Position numbers and translations under genes: made by a program. Source: Felis catus (lineage: Eukaryota). Taken from it: 64,000 bases of DNA. Positions 48,575 through 62,538 of the stretch are shown piece by piece. The stretch's first letter is position 1; every line of letters starts with the position of its first letter. Where the stretch lies: the NCBI RefSeq assembly GCF_018350175.1, contig NC_058368.1, forward strand, positions 213,344,001 to 213,408,000, read 5' to 3'. A model generated the notes under the pieces. That model was not told the DNA's origin. It ran no database searches and was given only the letters and a program-made list of their open reading frames with translations.

Positions 48575-50527
48575 TTTTTTTTTCTTGTGGTAAAATATTC
48601 GTAACAAAATTTACGATTTCAGCCATTTTAAAGTGTACAAATCAGTGGCATTAAGGACATTCAGATTGTTGTGAATGTTGTAGCCATCATCACTAACCAT
48701 CTGTAGAACTTTTTCATCATTCCAAACAAAGTATACCGATTAAACACTAACTCTTCCTTTCTCCCTTCCCTTAGCCTCTGGTAACCACTACAGATCAGAT
48801 GATCTCCAACTTACAGTGGTCAAATGTACAATTTTTTGATTTTATGGTGGTGTGAAAGGGATATATAGATAGTAGAAACTGTACTTTGAATTGACTTTGG
48901 ATTGTTTCCTAGGCTAACAATGTGCCCTGTGATACTCTCCCCTTACTCCGGGCAGGGCTTAAGGGGGCAGCAGCCGCCAGCTGTCATGTGATCACAGGGA
49001 TGAACAACTGATAACAGAACTGTTCTGAACCCACAACCGTTCTGTTTTTCAGTACAGTTTTCAGTAAATTACATGAGATACTGAGTACTTTATTATAAAG
49101 TGGGATTTGTGTTAAGATGATTTTGCTTAATTATAGGCTAATGTAAGTGTTCTGAGCATGTTTAAGGTAGGCTGGGCTAAGCTGTGATGTTCAGTGAATT
49201 AGGTGTATTAACTGCATTTTCACCTTAAATTATATTCTCAGATTTACAGTGGGGTGTATTGGGATGTACCTCCATTGTAGGTTGAGGAAGATCTATATTC
49301 TGCTTTCTATATCTATGAATTTGACTATCCTCGGTACCTTATACAAGTGGAATCATGCATTTGCCCTGTTATGTCTGTTTTTCTTAGCATATTTTCAGGG
49401 TTCATTTATGTCATAGCATGTATCCTAAATTTCATTCCTTTTCAAGGCTGAATAATATTACGTTATATGTGTATACTGTGTTTTGTTATCCACTCATCTG
49501 TTGAACATTTTGGTTTCTACTTTTTAGCCATTGTGAATACGTCTGCTTTGAACATTGTTATGCAAATATCTGTTTGAGTCCCTGCTTTTATTATTTTGGA
49601 TACATACTTGGAATGAAATTGCTAGAAAACATGGTAATTCTATGTTAAATGTTTGGAGGAGCTACCATATTGTCTTCCACAGTGGCCGGACCATTTTACA
49701 TTCCCAGCAGTGCACAAGGATTGCAGTTTCTGTGTCCTGGCCAACACTTGTTTGTTTGTTTGTTTGGATGATAGCCACTGTAACAGGTGTTTAGTGGTAT
49801 CTCATTGTGGTTTTGATTTGCACTTCTCTAATGATTAGTGATGTTGAACATCTTTTTTTGTGCTGATTAGACATTTGTGTATTTTCTTTGGAGAAATACC
49901 TATTTAAATACTTGCCCTGTTTTTTTTTTTTTTTTCCAATAAGGTTTTGTTGTTGAGTGTTAGAAGTTGTCTATATTTTCAGGATATTAATCCCTTATTA
50001 AATCTATGATTTGCACATATTTTCTACTATCCTGTGGGTTGCCTTTTTACTATGTTGACAGTGTCCTTTGATCCACAAAAGTTTTTACTTTTGATTGTCT
50101 GCTTTATCTTTTTGTTGCTATTGCCTATGCTTTTGGTGTCATATTCAAGAAGTTATTTCAAAATTTAATGTTTTTAGCATTTTCTGCTATGTTTTTTCCC
50201 TATGAGTTTTATAGTTTTTTTATGTTTTGGTCTTTGATCGTTTTGAGTTAGTTTTTAATGTATGGTACAATGTAGGGGTCCAACTTCATTCTATTTGCAT
50301 ATGGATATTCAGTTTTGTCAGCACTCTTTGCTGTCAAGATTGTTCTTCATTGAATGATCTTGGCACACTTGTCAAAAATCGTGTGACCATATACATGCAA
50401 GTATTTATTTCTGGGCTTTTGTTTCATTGGTCTGTATGTTTTTATGCCAGTACCACATTGTTTTGATTACTGTAGCTTTGTAATACGTTTCGAAATCAGG
50501 GAAGTGTGAATCCCCCAACTTTGTTCA
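48575..50527 (-). mobile_element. L1 (L1MB-like) 3' end, interrupted by a MER47
   Basis: TTGTGGTAAAATA..., TTTAAAGTGTACAAATCAGTGGCATTAAG, GTGGTATCTCATTGTGGTTTTGATTTGC, ATGCCAGTACCACA. Confidence 0.9.
48791..49295 (-). mobile_element. MER47/Tigger5-like element, inverted relative to the 40081 copy
   Basis: TAGGCTAATGTAAGTGTTCTGAGCATGTTTAAGGTAGGCT is the reverse complement of the 40081 core; TA flanks at 48789-90 and 49296-97. Confidence 0.85.
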
Positions 50528-52449
50528 AGCTGTAAGTTTTTGAAAATGAAATTAGATAGTAAAAACTATCCTATCTGCCTAAAAGGTTAGAGCCCTTGAA
50601 AAGAGCTCAGAAGTCTCACACTAAAGTCTGTTGACTTCGTTGTCTTTGTTGAAGCTGTCTGCTGATTTGTTCCGGGTTGTGAGTGTGTTTAGGAGATTCA
50701 GAAGGAGAGCCAGTAACCAGTTATTTATACCTAACCTTATATATTTATCCCTTAATGCTTCAGTAGGAGGTTGCAAATTTGGGTTTGATGTTCAGGAGAG
50801 GTGTCTGGATTGGAAAGGGTGATTTGGAGTTGTATCTCTCCCCTAAGATTGTTCCTACACTCCATGTCAGAGTCCATTCCCCTGCAGCCACACAGTTGCT
50901 TAGGTCAGACTTCCCAGTCTTCTCTCTTTCACAATCCATGCCCAGTAGGGAACTCAGTCTGCATTCTCAGAATTCTTTGAATTTGTCTTCTGACCATTTT
51001 TAAGGCCACTGCCTTAGTTCACCTCCTCACCTGTTCTCTCTTGGATTGGTTTTCCTCAGTGACTGTTTAAAATCTTCATCACTCCCTTCAAGTTTCTTGT
51101 TTTACTTCTTCCTTGCTCTGGGTCTATAGAGGCTTCCTTTACCTGTCTTCCTCTATCTGCCTTTATCTAAACTCCTTCCTTTCTGTTACAGGGAAGGGGT
51201 TTCTGCTTAAGGTTAACCCCTTCTCCCACTCCAGTATAGTCTCTTTGCCTCTTTGATGCTTGTGCTCCCTCAGCTTTTAGATCTTCTTCTCCTCCATCTG
51301 TCCATCTCTTCTGTAACTGCACATGACCATTTAAGCTTTGTCATCATGGCTTTATTTTCCCCATACCTTTGTAGATGTGTGCTGATTGTAAACTTGGTTA
51401 TTAGAAACTATTTATCTTCAGTAGAATTGGTATTGAATTGAAGGTCTAGGGTTTGTGTTTCTTTGTGATTTCTTTCATTGCTTGGTGTGTGAAGTGATTC
51501 TTCTCTCACCTTCAGATTTCTTAGATCACATTTTGGCTGATGGTCTTGCCTGGTCTGTGGAACAATGGCAGTCTTTTCCTATTCATATAGGGGAAAATGT
51601 GTTATCATCTTAGTAGCTGGTTAGAGAATTCCTTTGAAGGGAGGAGTTCCTCCTGTGGGGTGTTGTCCAGATTTCAGTGAGGAAGGGAAAAGTGATTCTG
51701 TCGTCACTGGTAGAGCAGGTAGGAGTGCTGAGTGCTGTGAGGAAGGCAGAGAGGATGTGTGGTTGAGGAGTGTGCCCAAAGAAGGACGTTGGAAAGGGCA
51801 GGAAACACTTTAGGGAGGTAAGTTTTGAGCAGAATATTGAATGAGATGTGGCATGTCACTTGACAGGAAACTGACATTCTAGACAGGATATATTGTGACA
51901 GGGTATATGTGAAAATAACTATATGAGGAAGTCCTCTTTCTAAGATTGACATTATTTTACCATAGCTAAAGAAGAAAATCTGTTGTATGTAATGAGAACT
52001 AAGTTATGGGGGGGGGGGAGTTTGTGTGGAACAGGGAAATGAAAAGTCATTGCTACCTTAGGATCTTTAAATATAAGTTGGAAATGATATTGGAGGCAGT
52101 TGGAGGTTTTAAAGATAGCAATAATACTGTAAACTGGATTTTTAGAAAGGTGGTTCCTTTAAGTGAATAAATAATTTGTAGATGGAGAGGATGGAGGCAG
52201 GAAAGTTGGTAGTAGGATTGAAGTTACTAGAATTTGTGAAATTTTGTGCCTGCATCTTGGATGCAGAGGGAACAGTCTTGATCAGAAAGATAATTCTTAT
52301 AGAAGAATTAATAGGATTTAATTACCATTAAAGCTTAGAGGAGAGAACATGGTTGGTTTGAGTTTAAAGAACTATTAGAGTGGTAACAGTGTCTTAGTTA
52401 TTTTCCTTTACAAGTCTATGCTCCTTGTGGAGAAAGATGTAGAAAATGA

Positions 52450-52990
52450 AATCCACAATTCAGCTTTTATTCCTTTGAAAAACATTTATGGAGTGCCTAC
52501 TGTATCCTAGGCACTATACTAGGGAAGACAGAACAACATAAATTTGCATATATATGTATAATTACAAATTGTGATCATATTATGAAGAAAAATTAGAGTA
52601 TGCTGTGAGAGAGTGGGTATAGGGGGAGGGTAAAGGGAAGAACTTTCCAAGGAAATGATATTTAGGCTGACACTCAAGGAATGAGTAGGAGCCGCAGACA
52701 GTGAAGATAGATTAGTTGAGTGTACTCCAAGGCCCTGAGGTGAGACAGCTTGGCTTGGCTTAAAGAACTGAAAAATGGTTCAGGCAGGAGTGGGGTGATG
52801 GGGAGGAAGGCCTGAGATGATGAACACACAATACAGGGCTTTACAAGGCAGTTTAAGGATTTTGTATATTCTCCTGAGTGCAGTTGGGAAACCATTGAAG
52901 GGTTTTGGGGAGTGATATACTTCACTAACAACAACAAAAAAGTTCTGGGTGGAAAATGGCTTGAACAAAAAGGCAAGTGATGAAAATTGG
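52450..52990 (-). mobile_element. L2 fragment
   Basis: AAACATTTATGGAGTGCCTACTGTATCCTAGGCACT, AAGGATTTTG..TTCTCCTGAGTGCAGTTGGGAAACCATTGAAGGGTTTT. Confidence 0.75.
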
Positions 52991-53534
52991 GTGGTAACAC
53001 CGTGTATTATTGTTCTAGTCTTATTTTAAATGAATTTGCAACATGTTTAGTTTTCAGTTAGAAAAATGAGATCTCCTTCCAGTACTGCTTTGTAACCGTT
53101 TTTCTCTTAATGATATGTAGTGACCACTTTCCCATGTTAGTAAATATGCATTTACTCATGTAAAAAAAATTCAAGTGGCATAGCGAGAAATACAGTGTCC
53201 CATTATTTTCAGCGACTGCATGATAGAACATATTATTTGATGTACCATAGTTAATAGGTGTGTATGTTAGGGACCTTCCTTTATTTTTCTAATGGCCTGG
53301 AAATCACATTATTATTTTGTTAGGCTTTCATGTTTGTATTAGCAGGTTCTCCCATACAGGCTCTTCCTTTTCTTCACCTAGCAGCCAATTCTTACTCATG
53401 TTTTGATGCCTAGCTGAGGCTCTTTCATCTTATTCTGGCCCCCTAGGCAGTGTTAGTTGCTCTCACATCTCTTTTGCTTATTGGGTATCTAGCACCTACC
53501 GCAGTGTCTAGTGTGTTCTAGGGGTTTATGCATA

Positions 53535-53850
53535 TGTGTTAGCCTGCTGGGGCTGTTGTAATAAAAATAATCAAAAGAATTGGTTTAAACAGAAGTTTTC
53601 TCACAGTTCTGGAGGCAGGAATTTTGAAGTTAGGGTACCTACATGGTTGGGTTCTGGAGAGATTCCTCTGTGTCCTCACATGGCCGAGAAACACAGCAAA
53701 ATGTGTGGTGTCCCTTCTGATGAGGGCCCTACACTTGTAACTTTATCTAAACCTAATTATCTCTCAGAGACCCCTGTCTCCCAGTAGATTCACATGGGGG
53801 TTAGGGCTTCAAAATTTGAATTTTGGGGGTGCACAATTCAGTTCATAGCA
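53535..53850 (-). mobile_element. MaLR MLT1A-like LTR
   Basis: TCTCACAGTTCTGGAGGC..., TGTCCTCACATGGC, GGTTAGGGCTTCAA..TGAATTTTGGGGG..CACAATTCAGTTCATAGCA. Confidence 0.85.
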
Positions 53851-54659
53851 GCATGTTTTTGGAATGAAGGAATGAATGGTTGCCATTTTATTCATATTAG
53901 CATTATGATTTGAATTATAATTTTATTTTCATTGTGTGCCTTCTATCTTGGTTATCTTTAATCTCTGCTTAGCAATGTCTTGGCACTCAATAGCTATTTA
54001 TTGAATTAAAATGATATTTTCTTATTTTAAGAATTACAAAATTATGTTTTACTTTATGCAGCTTTGTGTCTCTGCCTCCCAAATGGGATTTTCTGCTAGA
54101 AAATCATGCACACGCCTGCATCGAATAGATAAATGTTATGGTGATGTGGTAGAAAACTTACATGCTTTCATTATTATCTGTAGTTTTCAGAATGTCCTCA
54201 GAATACTGATAGTGTGATGCAGTGGTGAAACACTATATTTACAGTCACAGCACTGTGGCGTTAGATACGACTGCTGCTTCTGGAGTGTGAATGTAGTCTT
54301 ATTTCTTCTCTAAACTTCAGATTTTTCAAATGCAGAATGATAGTATTTTACTGGGTTATTATGAGATGAGATGATTATGTGAAGAGAGCTTTGCAAATTG
54401 AAATATTTTTGTGTTGTGTTTATTAAGTAAACCCCTCATGCTTTCTAGAGAAAAATTAAGACTGGGATTAGAGTTAGGTTTTGTTAATAAGATGCTGTTA
54501 AATACACTTTAAAACTTCACTGATCAAATAAACATACATTTTGCCATGGATCCTTGAAAAGATTTATTTGTTTGTGAGGAAGTCAGTTTCTCCTCACACT
54601 TAGTTTTGTGCTTTCTGTATTGAAGTGATCAGTGGCAGGTGTGGAAAGAAAAATGAGTA

Positions 54660-55370
54660 CAGTAGTGCTCCCTTATCCACAGGGGTAATGTTCCAAGACC
54701 CACAGGGGATGCCTGAAACCCAAGATAGAACCGAACCCTGTATATATCATGATTTTTCCTGGTCATCATATTTATGATAAAGTTTTATTTATAAATTAGG
54801 CACCGTAAGAGATTAACAACTAATAGCAAGATAGGACAGTTATAACAATATCCTGTAATAAAAGTAATGTGAATGTGGTCTGTTTCTCAAAATATCTTAC
54901 TGTACTGTACCCACCTTTCTTCTTGTTTTTTTGTTTTTTTTGTTTTTTGTTTTTTTTAATTTTTTTTTCAACATTTATTTATTTTTGGGACAGAGAGAGA
55001 CAGGGCGTGAACAGGGGAGGGGCAGAGAGAGAGGGAGACACAGAATCAGAAACAGGCTCCAGGCTCTGAGCCATCAGCCCAGAGCCCGACGCGGGGCTCG
55101 AACTCACGGACCGCGAGATCGTGACCTGGCTGAAGTCGGACGCTTAACCGACTGCGCCACCCAGGCGCCCCCCCACCTTTCTTCTTGTGATGATTTGAGA
55201 TGATAATATGCCTACATGATGAGATGAAGTGAGGTAAATGAATTCGGGGCATTGTACGTAGCATTAGGCTACTATTAACCTTCTGACAATAAAGTCAGAA
55301 GGGTTATCTACTTCTGGATGGTGATTGAACATGGGTAGCAGACTGTGGGTAAGGGGTGAGGGGACTACTG
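54660..55370. mobile_element. MER44/Tigger7-like DNA transposon carrying a young SINE
   Basis: TA|CAGTAGTGCTCCCTTATCCAC ... GGGGACTACTG|TA TIRs with TA duplication. Confidence 0.85.
54927..55171 (-). mobile_element. Young SINEC_Fc
   Basis: CpG-intact; 17-bp TSD CCCACCTTTCTTCTTGT (54910-26 and 55172-88). Confidence 0.97.
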
Positions 55371-55439
55371 TATCTTTCATTTTCATGGGGCTGAAGTGAA
55401 GCATACCTAGATTACCCATTAAACAAATCTGTCTTGGAT

Positions 55440-55590
55440 GGCAGAGAGAGAGGGAGACACAGAATCCAAAGCAGGCTCCAGGCTCTGAGCCGTCAGCACA
55501 GAACCCGATGTGGGGCTCGAACTCACAAATTGCGAGATCGTGACCTGAGCCAAAGTTGGACGCTTAACTGACTGAGCCACCCAGTGCCCC
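55440..55590 (-). mobile_element. Tail-less SINEC_Fc fragment
   Basis: Runs from the head to mid CT-region only; no poly-T on the left. Confidence 0.85.
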
Positions 55591-55871
55591 TAAAAAAAAT
55601 CTTTAAAAAAAAAAAAAAAAGCGTATAAGTAAGACAAGACCACGGAGTATTACGCTTCAGGAGTAGGTGAAACAAGAGTAATCTGTAAAAGCCTGAACAG
55701 GAGCTGCTCAGTAACGGAGTGGTGTTATGGAAGCCAGGGGAGGAGGAGCAAAGGTCAGCAGTGGCAGAGGTTGTGGGGCAGTTAGTTAAGGCAAGGCTTG
55801 TTGAGAACTGTATCAGATTGCATGGGTTCGAAAGTGAAAAGGAAGTGGTGGCGAGTTATTTTTTGACCAAA

Positions 55872-56173
55872 CAGTTGACTCTTGAACAGTGTGGGGGTTA
55901 GGGGTACCACAAAAGCTAAGGAAGCTTTGGACTTCCCCAGAACTTAACTACCAGTAGCCTACTACTGTTTATTGGAAGCCTTCCCGATAACATGAAGTCA
56001 GTTAGCACATATTTGTATATATATTTTGTGCTATATTCTTAAAATAAGTTACAGAAAAGAAAATGTTATTAAAATCCTGAGGAAGAGGAAATACATTTGT
56101 AGTACTATGCATATTGAAAAAAATCTGGATCAATGGACGTGTGCAGTTCAAACCAGTGTTGAAGTGTCTGTTG
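55872..56173. mobile_element. Tigger2a-like DNA transposon
   Basis: CAGTTGACTCTTGAACA.. start, CCCCAGAACTTAACTAC, GTGCAGTTCAAACCAGTGTTG end. Confidence 0.75.
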
Positions 56174-57961
56174 TACTTTCAAGGAGTTCGTGGTGAGTGG
56201 GCAGGATACAGGGCAGTGCTGGTTCCTCTCTCTCTGTTTCTCATGATGGGCGGACTTGAGGATGTTTGAATGTCAATAGGAAGTACTAGTATATATGTAA
56301 GAGGTTTAAGATGCTTTAGAAGGATGGGAATTGTGAGGAAAGGTACTTCTTAAGATGCGAGAGCATTGGTAGAAGGGTGAGCCTTAGGCAGTTTTTCTGT
56401 TACCAGACAAAAGAATGAGTAGGGAGGAATTTGAGTTTATAGGTTTGGTTCATTGTTAGAAGTTGAGGCCATTCCTGTCAGATGGCATTTGCTTCTATGA
56501 AGTCATCTGCTGAAAATGAGCCAAGTTCAGAGATTTGAGGAGAATGGAGTTTTGAAATAGCTGCTACAGGGAGTGGGAAGAGTTTTGAGGGAAACACAGG
56601 ATTTGCCAGGTATCATTGACAGTTTAAGTTGTACTGAGATTGCAAGATTTTTTTTTTCCCCACTAGCAGTTCAGAAGCACAGAAAAGGAGAAAGTGGACA
56701 GTTGGATTGCTCTGGAGTTGGAGTTTTGCTAGGTGAATGTAGTAGAAGAAAAATAGAAAACACATTTAGGAAATTAGCAAGAGTGTAGTCTAAGTGGTGT
56801 ATTCTGGGCTTGTTTTCCCTATTTTTGAATTGGAAATAATAATACTTAACCTCAGAAGGTTACTGTAAGGTGTAAATGAGTTACTATGTGTTTAGTGTTT
56901 AGAATAATACTTGACATATTGTGGGTGCTTAGTGAATGATTGTTCTGGCTAGAGGTGAGGATAAAGATGGAGGGGACTGATATGAAGGAGGGGAGGCTTG
57001 GGATTGGATTCCCCACAAAATTGAGGAAGAATTGGATGTGGATTGGATGTGGACTTACTACTTAGATTGGGTTCTAACAGAGGTTCTTGAGGTTTGATGC
57101 TGGTATCCAAGTTCCCAGGGAGTGGAGGTTCTTAGCCTGGAGTCAGTGGTAGAATTCAGGATAAAACACTTGAGTGGGAAAACAATTTCTTTGAAAATAA
57201 AAAAATTTTTGATTTTGTCTATGGTTTTTGCCATATGCAGACTTGGAAAAACTTGGGTGGTGTAAAATCAGTCTCTTTTATTTCTTTTAAATTGGAGTAA
57301 TAGCTGGAAAGTTTTTTCCCTCACTCCCAGGTTATGAAGGTATTCACCTCTGTTTTTTTCTAGTACTTTATTGTTTCATTTTACATTTCAGTCTCTGATC
57401 CATCTATTTGGAGCTTTATTTAGAAGTATAATATGAAGTATGGATCTAATTTCTTTTTCTAAATGGCTATCCACTTGTCCCAATTATTAATTAAAATACC
57501 CATCTTTCCATCTTATACTAATTTGAGATTACAGTTTTATCATTTATTAGATTTCAGTATATTCTTGGGTCTTTTTCTGGATTTTATTCTTTTGGCCTGT
57601 TCATGCATTGGTATTACATCATTTAATTTCTAGAGGCTTTTAAATCTGTTTTAGTAACTAGTAGGACAGTTTCCATTTCTGTTCGTCACATATTGCCCTC
57701 TCCCAAGTTTTCTTCGTTATTCTTTTGTATTTATGAACTCCGTTTTTAACTTCTGTAGCTCCAGGAAAAAACAACTTGCTATTTTTATCGGGACCTTTGT
57801 AAGTTCGGAAGAACTCATAACATGATAATGTTTTTGTATGTAAGACATCTTCCAGGTCTGTTTTTAAGTCTTGCAGGAAAGTTTTAACTTTTCTTTGTAT
57901 AGGTTTGCCTAGATTCTTTCTTTGGTTAAGATTGTAAATGAGGTCTTTGCAATTATATCTT

Positions 57962-58188
57962 TTTTTTTTTTTTTTTAATTTTTAATGTTTTTATTCATTT
58001 TTGAGACAGAGAGAGACAGAGCATGAGCAGGGGAGGGGCAGAGAGAGAGGGAGACACAGAATCTGAAGCAGGCTCCAGGCTCTGAGCTGTCAGCACAGAG
58101 CCCGACGCGGGGCTCGAACTCATGGAGTGTGAGATCATGACCTGAGCTGAAGTCGGACGCTTAACCGACTGAGCCACCTAGGCGCCCC
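57962..58188 (-). mobile_element. SINEC_Fc within an old L1 (~57250-58500)
   Basis: TSD TGCAATTATATCTT on both sides. Confidence 0.93.
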
Positions 58189-58819
58189 TGCAATTATATC
58201 TTAACTTTTTATATTTTATTTTTTTATTTTTATTTTTTGGTATATGGCAGTTATTGATGGTTGTCAATTTTGTAGTCCTGGTACTTTTCAAAGTTTTCTT
58301 ATTGTATAGTAATTTTTCCATTTATACTCTTCAGTTTTTTCTGGGTGTCCTTTTTTTTTTTCAGTCCCTAGTTATATCACCTGCAAATGTAGATAGTTTT
58401 CCAGTTTTTCTGTTTTCATTCGCTTATTTTTGTCTAATCTTTGAAGTCTGTCTTTACCTGAAGTCACTTTCATTGTCTTGATCAGTTTATTTGTGCTAAG
58501 AACTTTTTCACTCTTGGTTCTTCCAAAGTAATGAAAAGTTCTTTTAAGATTTCAAGAGTAATTTCATATACAAGGTGTGGTAGTTGTTTTTTTTTTTTGT
58601 TGTTGTTGTTTGGTTTTTTTGGTAACAGCTTTACAGAGGTAGAATTCATACATCATACAATTCACCCACTTAAAGTATACAATTCAAGGTTTTTAGTATG
58701 TTCAGAGTTGTGCAACAGTCATTACAAGCAATTTTAGAACAGTTTGGTTATCCCCAAGAGAAACTCAGACTCTTCGGCCATCACCTCCTTTTTTCCTGTC
58801 TCTTCAATGCTAGGCAGCC

Positions 58820-59295
58820 CCTACGTAAGTTGTACTGTGTAAAAATTTAGCAGCCTAAAGTAGCAAATGTATTTTATCTCCTAGTTTTCTGTGGACCAGG
58901 AATCTGGGCATTGCTTAACTGAGTGCCTCTGGCTCAAGGTCTTTCATGAGATTGCAGTTAAATTGTTGGCTGGAGAGAGCTTCAGTTTCATCTGAAGGTT
59001 CAACTGGAGGAGAATTCTATTTCTTGCAGGTTGTTAGTCTGAGAGCCTCAGTTCTTTGCCTGACGTGTCTATATAGTACAGCTGGAAACATGGCATTTGG
59101 CAGAGGAAGGGAGGAGGCCCAAGATGGAAGCACACACTGTAATTGTAACTAACCTTTGAAGTGACACACCATCATCTTTGCCATACACTTGATAGGAGCA
59201 AAACTCCAAGTCTAGCCTACAGTCACAAAGAGGGATTACATGAGGGCATGAATACCAGGAGGCAGGGATTATTGGGGGCTGCCCTAGAGGCTGCT
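58820..59295 (-). mobile_element. MLT1-family LTR, preceded by a short L1 3' end (~58600-58818)
   Basis: CAGGAATCTGGGC..GCTTAACTGAGTGCCTCTGGCTCAAGGTCT, GGGCATGAATACCAGGAGGCAGGGAT. Confidence 0.75.
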
Positions 59296-62034
59296 TCTGC
59301 TTCTGTACAAGGATAGGATGACTTATTTTTTTGAAACCTATTTTATTTTTTGGCTTTTTAGCCCATATTCTTTTTGATGATAAGCTGCTTTCTGTAGGCC
59401 TCATTAATTACCTTAATGTACTGGGATGTGTGGTTTTTAGGAAACAGTGGTGATCTTTAGATTCTGTGTACTCCACAACCTATCATCCTGAGAGTCTAAT
59501 TTGGATTCTTAAAATCTAAATGTAGTACACACTTGCTGTGCCTCTGTAACTGTTAATAGTGTGCCAAGATAGTCCCAAAATTTCTTACCAGTTTGACTTT
59601 TAAGAAGATCACCTTGTCAAATGAAAACTGGAAATTTGTTTTGTCCTCATCTAGACTCCATATAACAGTGCCAAATACCAGTTTTCATGTACCCCATCAT
59701 AAATGCTTATCTATCCTGAGATAACGTTTAACTTTATTCTTCACACAGTTCTTTATATGCTGTTAAGGAGTTTGTAAAATGCCCTTGACGATTGACTTGG
59801 AAATGCTTTTTTGGAAATTAACAGGATTGTTTATCTGGTTTTGCCCTAAGTCACATACCCCCTTAGGGAATTCTTAATTGGTTAGAATCATCCTTGTAGA
59901 ATGCTTGACGTCTTTTTCATGTTAGGTGAGAAAATGTTGGCACAGAGAGAATATTAAACGATCTGCTTCAAATCCTGTAAAAAGTTTTCCCTGTGGCTGG
60001 GACTGGATTGAGGTTTCTCAGCATCTGGTCCAGCCTGATTATTCATACATCGTAATGACACTCTTTGTGTAAAGATTTTTGTTACCTAATTCTGTTTCTT
60101 GTTAGGGGTTTATTCTGAGTTTTATTTCTTTTTCAGTTGGTTTTGGTAATTTGTGTTTTTCCAGGAATTTGAACATTTTGTCTGAGTTGTCTGATTTATT
60201 GACATAAAGTTGTTTATGGTATTCTCTTATAATCCTTTAAATTTCTGTAGGATTGGAAGTGATGTCCCTGTGTTACTTTTTTGACTTTGGTAATTTGTAT
60301 ATCTCTTTACTCTTTATTCCTCTATTCCATGCCCCTGTTTTAACCTTGAAATTTTTTTTTTTAAAGAAATAACTTTTGGCTTCATGGATTCTTCCTCCCC
60401 CCCCCCCCCCCCCCCCCGCCCCTTTGCATTTCATTGGTTTCTGCACTAATTTTTATTACTTCCTTTTCTTTGATTTGGATTTAGTTGGTTTTTCTAGTTT
60501 CTTAAAGTAGGAGACCTTTCTTCTTTTGCAATATAGATGTTTAACAGAGATAAATTTCTTTCTAAACACTGCATCTCATAGATTTTGATTATTTTGTTTT
60601 TGTTTTCATTCAGTTCAAAATGTTTCCTAACTTCTTTGGTGATTTCTTTGAACAGTGGATTATTTAGAAGTCATAGATTAATTTCCAAATAGAGATTTTC
60701 CAGATTTCATTCTGTTGATTTCTAATTTAATTCCCTTAGAGTAAAACATACTTTATATGATTTCAGTTCTGTTGTTTCAAACTATTGTTTGAGAGTTTTC
60801 TCAATGCCATTTAAATCAGCTTGGTTGATAGTACTGTTCAGTTTTGTATCTTCGTTGTTTTTTTTTTTGTCTAGTTCTATCCATCATTGTCAGTGTAATC
60901 TTCAGCTACTGTTACTGTATTGTTTCTCCTTTCTGGTCAGTTTTTGCATCATGTATTTTGCATCTGTTAGGTATGTATGTATTACTTTATAATTGTTCTA
61001 TCTTCCTGATACTTCTTTATCATATGAAAATGCCCCCTATATGTTCCTATTAACTTTATTTAATCTGAAGTCTACTTTGTCTTGTTAATATATCTGGTCC
61101 AGTTTTCTTTAGATTAGTGTTTGCATGTTCTTTTCACTCTTGTAAACCTATTTGTGTCTTTGAATCTAAACTGTCTTTTGTAGGCAGCATATGGCTAGGT
61201 CTTTTATCCAGTCTTGGCAAGCTTTTATCTTTGGAGTATTTAATCTATTCACAATTACATAATTATTGATAGAGTTTGATTTACACCAGCCACTATGCTC
61301 TTTGTTTTCTGTCAGATGTCCCTTTTGTTCCTCTGTTCCTCCTGTACTGCCTTCTTTTGTGTTAAATAGAAAATTATAATTAAACTAAATGTCCTCCCTT
61401 TTTTCTTCTTTCTTTTCTATATTAGAGTCTTTTTCTTAATAGTTACTTTAGAAATTACAATATATATCTTTATCACATTCTTCAAATTAATACTTATTTA
61501 ATTCCAGCAAAATATAGAAGCTTTGCTTCAGTATAGCTTTATTTACTCCCCTTTATTTCCTGCATTGTCAGAAATATTACAAATTTATGTTATGACCCCA
61601 ACAACAATGTTTTATACTTAGTTTTATGCAAGACTTTGCTTTTAAATAAGGTTTTAAAAGGAAAAAGAAAATATCCTTTTTTAAAAAGCGTTTGTTTATT
61701 TTGAGAGAAGGAAAGAAGAATCCCAAGCGCGTGGAGTCTGACATGAGGCTTGATCCCGTGATTCTGAGATCATGACCTGAGCTGAAATCAAGAGTCTGAT
61801 GCCTAACTGACTGAGCCACCTAGGTGCCCCGAAAATACAGTTTTAAAAGTGTACCTTTGTATCTGTCTTTTGTTTATGTGGATTTGAAATACCATCTGAT
61901 GATACTTTCAGCAGCAGAACTTCCTTTAGTTAATTTCTTATGAGGTTGATACGCTAGCAACAAATTCATTCTTCCTTTATCTAGGAATGTCTTTGTTTCA
62001 AATTCATTTTTGAAGGTTAATTTTGCTGAGTATG

Positions 62035-62538
62035 TGTGAGAAATAAGCCCACTGACCCAATCAAAGGAGGGACGTGGAGATTCGGAGCACAGTGGAGCAA
62101 GGGTTTAATCAACCAAGAGCGGGTATCTGATGGACGGGCACACTCCAGGCAGTTCCAGCAGGCAATTTATCTCCTAGCATGAAGTCCCTCTCCTGCTTCC
62201 TCATTGGCTGAGTACTACAGAGGTTACAGCCTCACCTGGATGTTGCTTATGCCCATGTAAGGCCAAAAAGTAGTCTGATTGGAACAAATGTACATTCTCT
62301 GAGGTAATGCAGAGACTTTCAGTCCCTCCTCCCTTTATTCTATGAAGCATGCTTATTGCAAATCCTGCGAAAATAACCCTGTGAAAAGGAGAGGGGGAAG
62401 AAGAACCAGGAAGTGAAGTGTCTAAGGGCTTGGGGAGCGGGGAGTGGTTCATACATACTTCTAAAAGTTAACCCATTGTTAACTAGACAGCACTGCTTTT
62501 ATTTGGCATATCTGAAAATGAATCATCTCACTCTCACA
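62035..62538 (-). mobile_element. Solo LTR (ERV) inserted in L1
   Basis: Terminal inverted repeat TGTGAGA...TCTCACA; flanks GTATG/GTATA; ATTAAA on - at 62109-04; the L1 sequence resumes across it. Confidence 0.75.
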
